DNA of 64,000 bases, from assembly GCF_009914755.1 (NCBI RefSeq), contig NC_060940.1; one strand, written 5' to 3'. Made by a program: the position numbers and the translations under genes. Each line of letters opens with the position of its first letter. Within the stretch, counting starts at the first letter, position 1. The DNA comes from the human T2T-CHM13v2.0 reference genome, Homo sapiens. The notes under the pieces are model-generated. The model worked only from the letters and a program-made list of their open reading frames with translations, had not been told where the DNA came from and ran no database searches. This document shows, in pieces, positions 46,396 through 64,000 of the stretch.

Positions 46396-48066
46396 TGAGA
46401 GGTGACAGCATGCTGGCAGCCCTCGCAACCCTCGCTGGCTCTCAGCGCCTCCTCGGCCTTGGCACCCACTCTGGCCGCGCTTGAGGAGCCCTTCAGCCCA
46501 CCGCTGCACTGTGGGAGCCCCTTTCTGGGCTGGCCAAGGCCGGAGCTGGCTCCCTCAGCTTGCGGGGAGGTGTGGAGGGAGAGGCGCAGGCGGGAACCGG
46601 GGCTGCGCACAGCGCTTGCGGGCCAGCGCGAGTTCCGGGTGGGTGTGGGCTCCGCGGGCCCTGCACTGGGATCGCCTGGCCAGCCCGCAAGCCCTGGGCA
46701 GTGAGGGGCTTAGCACCTGGGCCAGCAGCTGCTGTGCTCGGTTTCTCGCCCAACCTTAGCTGCCTCCCCGCCGAGCAGGCTTGGGACCTGCAGCCCGCCA
46801 TGCCTGAACCTCCCCCCGCCCCGGGCTCCTGCGCAGCCCGAGCCTCCAAGACGAGCGCCGCTCCTGGCTCCACGGCGCCCAGTCCCATCCACCGTTCAAG
46901 GGCTGAGGAGCGTGGGACCACGGCGCGGAACTGGCAGGCAGCTCCAACTGCAGCCCCGGTGCGGGATCCACTGGGTGAAGCCAGCTGGGCTCCTGAGTCT
47001 GGTGGGGACTTGCAGAATCTTTATGTCTAGCTAAGGGATTGTAAATACACCAATCAGCACTCTGTATCTAGCTCACAGTTTAGTAAACACACCAATCAGC
47101 ACCCTGTGTCTAGCTCAGGGTTTGTGAATGCACCAATCGGCACTCTGTGTCTAGTTAATCTGGGGGAACTTGGAGAACCTTTATGTCTAGCTAAGGGATT
47201 GTAAATACACCAACCAGCACTCTGTATCTAGCTTAAGGTTTGTAAACACACCAATCAGCACCCTGTGTCTAGCTCAGGGTTTGTGAATGCACCAATCAGC
47301 ACTCTGTATCTAGTTACCCTGGTGGGGACTGGGAGAATCTTTATGTCTAGCCAAGGGATTGTGAATGCACCAATCTGCACTCTGTATCTAGCTCAAGGTT
47401 TGTAAATGCACCAATCATTTCTCTGTGTCTAGCTCAGGGTTTGTAAATAAACCAATCAACACTCTGTATCTAGCTAATCTAGTGGGAATCTGGAGAACTT
47501 TTGTGTCTAGCTCAGGGATTGTAAATGCACCAATCAGCACCCTGTCAAAACGGACCAATCAGCTCTCTGTAAAACAGACCAATCGGCTCTCTGTAAAATG
47601 GACCAATCAGCAGGATGTGGGTGGGGCCAGATAAGAGAATAAAAGCAGGCTGCCCGAGAACCTAGCGGTAATTCTGCCGCATTCTCTTTCTTCCTGTAGG
47701 AGCTTTATTCTTTTTGCTGTTTGCAATTACTCTTGCTAGTGCTCACTTTTCAGGCTCATACTGTCTTTATGAGGTGCAACACTTTCCAGGGAAGTCTGCA
47801 GCTTCAGTTCTGAGGCCAGGAAGACTATGAACCCACCAGGAAGAACAAACAACTCCAGACGTGCGGCCTTAAGAGCTGTAATGTTCACTGCAAAGACCTG
47901 CAGCTTCATTCCTGAGCCAGCGAGACAACGAAACCACCAGAAGGAAGAATCTCTGAACACATCCGACCATCAGAAGGAACAAACTCCGGACACAACACTC
48001 ACTGTGAGGGTCCACAGCTTCATTCTTGAAGTCAGTAAGACCAAGAACCCACCAATTCTGGACACA
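46396..48066 (+). mobile_element. ERV9 solo LTR, LTR12C-like
   Basis: Starts TGAGAGGTGACAGC, ends CCAATTCTGGACACA; CpG-rich 5' U3; 12 CCAAT units at 47050-47607; GATA plus AATAAA promoter box at 47629-47643; flanks GTAG/GGAG (4-bp TSD, 1 mismatch). Confidence 0.92.
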
Positions 48067-48625
48067 GGAGGGGGGAGATCCCCATTACAACATACAAAAT
48101 AGGTAAATGTACATATTGATTAATAGAAATGTACATATTCATTAATATAAAATTAGTTCCTAAATCTATTGGGTATAAGGAAACAACTTTCTAATGTAGT
48201 TAAGGTTTCAGTGTGGTGGCTTGCACACACACTGTTGGTTATCAGACCAGCGCCAGCCAGTCTTAACCACAGAGGGGCATGATAAGCTCTGGAGAAGAGA
48301 GATGCTGAGCCTTCAGGGTCAGAGGCAGGCCAGAAGGGACCTTGGAGGGCCCTTGAAGACAAAATCGCCAGAGGCTCAACTGTGACATGGGAGGGTATAC
48401 AGCTCTGGGGACAGTGGCTTCTGGGATCCTGGATGACACTTGGTGTCAGAGTGGGCTTGGCAAGTTTCTTAAATTCTCTGAACCTGTTACCCCAGGTGTC
48501 AAATGGGGATGAGAATATCTATCTCACAGGTTGTTAAATTCAGTTGAGATAGTGTGAAGTGCCTCGCCTGGTCCCCTGCTGGTGTTGCTGCTTGGTTGGC
48601 TTTACAGCAGTAGTGCGTCGCAGAG

Positions 48626-48642
48626 GACGGCAGGTGGCGCTC
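48626..48642 (+). promoter_or_regulatory. Candidate CTCF site
   Basis: ACGGCAGGTGGCGCTC resembles the CTCF core CCASYAGRKGGCRS; lies in a CpG-retaining patch (48600-49050). Confidence 0.45.
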
Positions 48643-49074
48643 GAGCCCAGCAGTTTTGAGATGCACGCCCCAGAAGGTCGAGGCAAAACAGGCGCCTGGT
48701 GTCAGTAGAGGAAAGGTAGCCGAGGTGCTGGGACACGCTTTTGCGAGGTCAAAAGCTAGTGGGCGCGCATTTCGGCCTCAAACGCTGCAGAGAGGGTCAG
48801 AAGCTACCCAGGTCCCACTTAGTGGTTCAGCCTTGTTTTCTTGTCAGGGGATCCCGGTTCCCTGTTGCTCTGGGAATCGCAGGTTCTCCGGCTTAATAGA
48901 AGCGGATCTGGCTATATTCGTTGAGTCCCATCTCTTCTCACCGTTTTCATGGAAACCAGAGGGTGGGGCACTTTATTGAACGTTTTAAGTTACTGGAAGT
49001 TGGATATCCAGAAGGCTGGACCCACGCCGGGTCGAGTGAGGAACTGGAGGTCCAATCCACGGGGATGTTAATGT

Positions 49075-49407
<333 letters not shown>

Positions 49408-49424
49408 CCCTTGTAGATGTTTTT

Positions 49425-49536
49425 CTTTTTGTTTTCTAATTTTTGTGGGTATACAGTAGGTGTATATATTTACGGGGTCTATGAGATGTTTTGATAGACA
49501 TGCAACGTGAAATAAGCACATCATGGAGAATGGGAT
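49425..49536 (-). mobile_element. L1MA-type 3' end fragment
   Basis: TTTTGTGGGTATACAGTAGGTGTATATATTTA...GAGATGTTTTGATA...CACATCATGGAGAATGGG. Confidence 0.7.
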
Positions 49537-49619
49537 CCTCGTGGATATGAAAGATAGAGCAGGCAACAAGCAAGGCAGTTGACGTTAACGACGGGTCCCT
49601 GATGCTCTCCCAGGCTGGG

Positions 49620-50490
49620 TTAGGACTAGGTCCCGCTGAATGCCTCATCCTCCGCCCTCCAAGCCCAGGGGTGCCTTCTTGCCCACCGGGGCGCGGGGTT
49701 TGAAGAGGCTTTGAGGCCCCACTTGGGCACGTGGAGACCTCTGCCAGTCTCTCTCGTCCCGCCCCTGCGTTCCCGGTTTCCAGGGGACTTGCGAGTCGGT
49801 CTTTTCTGCCTTCGAACTCTTGAGTAGCTAGCAGAACCCGGAGGAGCTCTCAGAACCCCAGGCCGTTGTCATGGAGAGAGCGCGCGCCCAACTACGTGGC
49901 TTGTGATTGGCTGGGAGGCACGCCCCCGCCCTCCCCTTCCAGCCCGTGGCTCGGCGACTTACAGGGAGGGAGAACATGGCTGCTGGCTTTTAGCACCTGG
50001 TGGGTTTCGCGCCTTGCAACTCGACAACTGCCGGGACGGAGTCTGGCTGCCCGACCCCCTGCGGCAGGTGCTGGGCGAGGCGCCTCCCCTGCAACTAGCC
50101 TGCCGCTTCCCTTCCGGCACCCCCGCCGCCAGCCCCGAGCGCGGACCTGGAGCGGAGAAGAGAGGTCGGTGCCTCCAACCCGGGGCCGCGGTCGAGGGGC
50201 GCGCGTCGTTGCTCTGGGACTCACTGTCGACCAACCCCCATTCCTCAGGGGCTCGGCTCCTTCCCCAAGGCTCAGGACGTAGAGCTTGGGCGGGGCCCCC
50301 TGCCCAGCAGCAGTCAGCGGAGCTGCACGAGTCAGACTCCACTTCTGGTGCACCTGGTACCTTGGTGCGCTGGGTTGAGGGCTTAGGGGTGGTTCTGGTT
50401 GGGGTGGCGTTTTGGAACTGTGAGCAGGAGCCGATGAATTCCCCCGAGTGTGTGTGTTCGTGTGTGTCTCCGTCTGTGCAGAAATCCGAG
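49620..50490 (+). promoter_or_regulatory. CpG island with core-promoter motifs; probable upstream alternative ZFP90 promoter
   Basis: CpG-dense unique sequence; CACGTG ~49728; inverted CCAAT (GATTGG ~49904); GC box CCCCGCCC ~49924; ETS CTTCCGG 50111; candidate donor GAG|GTCGGT at 50165. Confidence 0.65.
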
Positions 50491-50679
50491 CCAACCACTA
50501 GAGCTCTGTGAATGGGGAGAGCTTCACTCTCCAAAATATCCAGTTGGTCCCCTCTCCCATAGCAACTCCAGGTTTTATAAATAAAAATTTTTGAGACCGG
50601 GTGCGATGGCTCACGCCTGTAATCCCAGCACCCTGGGAGGAGAGGCGGGTGGGTCACTTGAGCCCAAGTTGGAGTACAA

Positions 50680-52038
<1,359 letters not shown>

Positions 52039-52350
52039 CTAGGAGTTCCAGAAAAGGCAGTATTGGTAGCCAGTGGAGGAAAGAGTTCCAGGGAGATAAG
52101 TGCCATAAAGCATTAGATAAAATCTGCCTGATGTCCAGTCAGGTCATCAACTAGCTAAATCACTGGACATGTTGGGAAAATCAGTATCAGAGTAAGGTGA
52201 AGGTAGAAGCCAAACAACAGTCAAAACAAGGCATGAAGGGGAAGTGAGGACTTGGTCTTCACAAGATGGTATACTTTTTCTAGAAGTTCAGATGAAACGC
52301 ATAGGGGTAAAGAAGAATGGGAGCTGAGAGACATCTGGGGACAAGAAATC

Positions 52351-52373
52351 TGTGTGTGTGTGTGTGTGTGTGT
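52351..52373. repeat. (TG)n microsatellite
   Basis: Direct reading. Confidence 0.9.
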
Positions 52374-52972
52374 CTTTCAGAAGGGACAGATTTAAGCATG
52401 GTTATAAGTCCAATGGAAAAAACCAAAAGGAAAAAAATGTGAGATGTAGAAGAAATATGAATGATAGATTAGAAGGGATTGGGGACCAAAGACCCCGAGA
52501 GAGCACGTTTCTCCAAATCAGCAAAGGAACATCTGTCTCTAAGACTGGAGGTGAAGTGGAGAAGTGGGTTGAAAAGTGGGTATAAAAATTGTCAACAGGC
52601 TCATTTTCCCAGCAATTTTCAGCTGGCATGATACTGGACTTTGTAGGTCAGTTTCAACACAAGTGGGGATAAAAGAATCAAGAGCCCTGGTAGGAAAAAA
52701 GTTCAGTTGACTGGCTGTGAGGTCTTCATAAAGGAGAAAGAGAAACAAATACTGACATTCAGAGAAAGTGAGAGACCGAGAGGCCATAGGGACCTTTGAC
52801 ATATAGTCAACCCACTGAAGTCCCTCTTTATCCTCCAAAACAATATAATAATCTTAGAACCTTTAATCTCTCATCAGGAGAACCTTGATATTTTTCTGTT
52901 GACCTGGATTTTAGTTTCATCTTTTTTTAAACCCACAAGACATAATCAATAGTTTTATATAGTCAATTTTAA

Positions 52973-54755
<1,783 letters not shown>

Positions 54756-55334
54756 TTTGAAACATATTAGACATCATAAATTTTGTGTCTGACAACTCCC
54801 TATATTTGAGGTTGTTATGAATATTATACTATTTTTTCTGTCATTCATGGTTCCATGTTTTATGCATGTGCTTTGTGTTTGTGATTCATGGCTGTGAGCT
54901 CATATTTCTTGGGATTATATCTGGGGAAGTTCTTTGAAGCCTGGACTGAAGGTAAGTTCTCCCAGACTGGATTTATGTTTGATTCTGCCAGATGCCTGGA
55001 AGCACTGTTAGCCGAGAACCAATTTAAACTACATTCTCAGCTTGCAGTTTTTTGGACCACCCAGGGACTGTGAATACAGGCTGTAATTCCACATAGGAAC
55101 CAGGTTTGGTTACAAATTCTCGGGAAAGATATCCACCAACCCCCCTACTCATTGTCAAAGTTTGAAACAGGTAATTTACCTTGCAGTCTCTACCATGGGA
55201 GTATTCATCTATGGAGTCCCAATTTTTATTGGGTGGGGTGGGGAGTGTCTCCTATTAGATACCCTGCTTTGGATGGGGTCTGGGTTTTGTCACTTGGCTC
55301 TTGTGCCTACAGGACTATGAAAAACAAAGCTCTT

Positions 55335-55481
55335 AGCTTTGTGCAGTGGCAGTATCGTAACCAATGAGGTTTATCCGAGGCACAATTATTGCTAATTGAA
55401 AACTTTTCCCAACACTGCCATAATGACTTGAGCTATACTAGGCATTGGCAATTTAATTTTTGACAGTCTCTACGGAGACTG
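55335..55481 (+). pseudogene. Full-length U4 snRNA processed pseudogene (RNU4-2-like)
   Basis: AGCTTTGTGCAGTGGCAGTATCGT...TAATTGAAAACTTTTCCCAA...GACAGTCTCTACGGAGACTG matches U4 end to end; A-rich tail 55482-55494; perfect 14-bp TSD GAAAAACAAAGCTC at 55319-55332 and 55495-55508; CpG decay. Confidence 0.95.
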
Positions 55482-56127
55482 AAATAAAAAAAAAGAAAAA
55501 CAAAGCTCAAGTTTGCCTCATTTGGCAAATGATTCCCAGGTGAAAGCTAGCGTTCCATGTTTTGCCTACTACTCTCTAAGTTTATTCATTTTGTTTGGGT
55601 TTGGGCTTCTCGGTATTCCCTAACAATTTTCTAGCTCATCAATACATTTTAAAAGATTTTTAAGTTATTTTATCCAGCATTAAAGTTGCTGAGCCACACT
55701 CCCAGAAGCAGAAGTGCATCTGTGAGTTCCTTAAAGGAAACCAATAGATACCTGACTTGGAACACCCGGCTCTGCTTCAGCTTCCTTCAGTCTCCAAATG
55801 GGTGTGAGCTGAAGTTCTCACACCCAGTTAATTCCATAGCCTCTTACTATTGTGAACTGCGCACCTTTCCCCTGGGGGCTAAAAGCCCAATTATTTTCCA
55901 GTACATGCACTTTCTACACAAACAGCAGAAATTCAGGTTGCTCTCCTTACAAACAGCGTTGTTCTCTTTCCCTTTTCTCTGGGAGGTACCAGTGCAGGTT
56001 TTAAAACCTCTGCTCTCCTGGGTAGGCTCAATGTTTGAGTGCTCTTTCTCACATTCATCTTGCAAGTAGGAGCGGTGGTGAACGCTGCCTTCCGCACTAG
56101 GTGGAAGGCTTACTCGTCTAAGGAATT

Positions 56128-58621
<2,494 letters not shown>

Positions 58622-58799
58622 ATCTGCCTTTGCACATTGCTCAGGAGGCCACGGATTTGTCCGAAGTTTCTTTTTTCTCTAAAATGAGAAATGGAAAATT
58701 GCCTTTTGAAGAAGATGTAAATGCCCCACCCTCTGACGCTGTCTCACTCCCTTCCTGTGTCACTCTTACCGCTGAAGTCAGGACCTGACATTATCTTGT

Positions 58800-59700
58800 T
58801 GACATGTTTGCGTTTTTATCGTCAGCCTCGTCGAAAGGGGCGTACGATTGCTCCCCGAAACCAGGGTCTTTCCCGGCCGATTCCCCAGCTAGCAACAAGC
58901 CCCTTGCAAAGAGGAGGCGGACAGTGACTGGAATACAGGGACACGCACACTCGAGCCACACTGGCCGCCTCCCTCGGCCCTCTCAAGGGTCCCTAACGCG
59001 CCTTCGGAAGCCGCCTAGGCGGGGCCTGCGCGCGCGGGCCTCTGGGAAGTGTAGTTCGCGCGCCCGGCGTGGACCCGGGGTTGCAGGAGCGAGGCTCCGA
59101 GTGCGCAGGCGCACTTCCAGTTCTGCCCCACCGCTGCGGCCATTGTCCGACCCCGGTGCGGCTGAGGCCCCTTTGGGCAGCCCCTCCGCAGATCAGAATT
59201 GGAGACAACCGAGCCTTCGGCGGGGGCGGGAGGAGCTGCCCGAGGCTCTGGGTGGGCCGGAGGTCGCGAAATCCGGAGCCCCCCAGAGGCGGTGATTCTG
59301 AGTGCGCGGGTCTGGGCGGGACCCCTCCTGGGTTTGGCGGGTGTCAGCCGGGCCTCGCCCACCACCCTGCGAAGGGGACTGGGCGTGGCCGGAGGGGGGT
59401 GTCCGGGAGGCCGCTGAGCCTTTCATTTCGGGGATGGGGAGCGGCAGGCCCGGGCTGGTTCCACGGTCCTCGCCACCATCTCCCCTGGAGATGTGGTTTA
59501 GGGGCGGAGGTGGGGCGGGGCGGGGCGGGGTGGGGTCGGTGTTGCAGCGGGGTGAGTGGGCCCTGTCCTTTCTCCCCAGCTCCTGCCCCGGAGCCGGGCC
59601 CTGGCGAGGCAGGAATGGCCCCGAGGCCTCCGACCGCCGCGCCCCAGGTGAGCAACGCGTTCCTAACCTCCTGGGCATCCCATCCATCTATCCATCCCAT
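58800..59700 (+). promoter_or_regulatory. ZFP90: CpG-island promoter and non-coding first exon of ZFP90
   Basis: Very high CpG/GC; ZNF143/THAP11-type motif (revcomp ACTACACTTCCCA) at 59043-59055; NRF1-type TGCGCAGGCGCA at 59102-59113; GC boxes 59501-59535; directly precedes the ATG exon. Confidence 0.85.
59615..59647 (+). CDS. ZFP90: ZFP90 first coding exon segment (MAPRPPTAAPQ); KRAB and zinc-finger exons lie beyond the window
   Basis: ATG at 59615 in strong Kozak context (GGAATGG); 11 codons MAPRPPTAAPQ match the ZFP90 N-terminus as I recall it; phase-0 donor CAG|GTGAGC at 59648; upstream acceptor ccctgtcctttctccccag|C (exon starts 59580). A short ATG exon before the KRAB exon is typical of KRAB-ZNF genes. 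Confidence 0.9.
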
Positions 59701-60511
59701 CTCCCAAGGGTGTTTGGAGCAGTCATTGTTCTCTGCCTGGCGACTCCCTTACTTGCTTGGCTCGATCGGAGCCTCCTGGCCATGGAAAACCCCAGGCTTT
59801 GGGGAGCTGGATTCCCAAAGGGGAGGCTGCTCTGTGGGGTAGAGAGGGCCAGTGTGGTGCGATTTTGTGGGAGGAGTTGAGATTGGATGCGTTGGGAAGT
59901 GTCAGTTTTGAGAGTCCTGAATGCCACGCCAGTTTTTTGAACTCTTGTCAATAAGAAATGGAGAGAGTGGGGTCACAGGATGTAACACTGTAGAGGAGGA
60001 AGTGACTGTCGGCAAGTGTGGAGAGAGGAGCCCCAGCTTCTGACCCAGGGCCCATAGAGAGTCCGTAAGGGGCCGTAGAAGCCTGGTTAGAACATGTCTA
60101 GGAAGAGGCTGGAGATGGGCTTTCTTGGGCAAGGAGGCAAAAACAAAACAAAATAAAAAACAACCAAAAATAAAACCAGGGCTGATTCTCCCAGAGCTTT
60201 TTGTGTCTGTCCTTTTCTGCTTTAACAAAAATGTAATAGAGCAACTCACTCCCCACCGCCAGAAGTCCAGCCTTCACCTTAATGTGAGGCTGATTCATGA
60301 ACCCATTTATTCTTGTGGCAGAGGGGGCATTTTCTAGAAGCGTCACAACTCTAAGGTTATCCATTGATTTACATATTGGTGAAAATACATCAAGATCCAG
60401 ATGGTATCTGTATCTTTGAATCTACATTCTCTTTAGAATTAAGGGAAAATGACAGATTGTAGTTGCTAGGTGTGTGAGACATCAAGATCAATTCAAATAA
60501 AAATACCAAGT

Positions 60512-64000
<3,489 letters not shown>

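Noticed and set aside
47030-47610. Regularly spaced ~40-bp repeats resembling a CRISPR array
   Set aside because: These are the CCAAT enhancer repeats of LTR12 U3, with no unique spacers, in human DNA.
55200-55520. Functional U4 gene
   Set aside because: Poly(A) tail, TSDs, CpG decay and altered Sm site; no PSE recognised upstream.
59069-59842. 257-aa ORF containing MAPRPPTAAPQ
   Set aside because: Only 59615-59647 matches ZFP90; the rest is promoter/intron read-through past the GT donor.

Overview
Human genomic DNA, very Alu-dense (about 60 Alu pieces) with L1, L2, MIR and ERV LTR remnants. The only protein-coding sequence I can support is the 33-nt first coding exon of the KRAB zinc-finger gene ZFP90 (+ strand, ATG at 59615, MAPRPPTAAPQ followed by a GT donor), inside a CpG-island promoter at ~58.8-59.7 kb. 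From recall this places the window in the SMPD3-ZFP90 interval of 16q22.1, probably about hg38 chr16:68.48-68.54 Mb; I could not verify this. Other content: a second promoter-like CpG island ~9 kb upstream (49.6-50.5 kb), an orphan CpG island with CTCF-like motifs (~30 kb), a full-length U4 snRNA retropseudogene with 14-bp TSDs, a CCAAT-rich LTR12C-type solo LTR pointing at ZFP90, an LTR12F, two MER41A, a THE1 and an MLT1A LTR. Nearly all listed ORFs are Alu/LTR-derived or chance. I see no evidence of a novel multi-gene system. The most unusual items are an Alu-templated inverted duplication just upstream of the ZFP90 promoter, an LTR12 that has lost its poly(A) signal but has splice donors (candidate cryptic ZFP90 promoter), and several small templated duplications. 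Repeat subfamily calls come from remembered consensus sequences and repeat boundaries are approximate.
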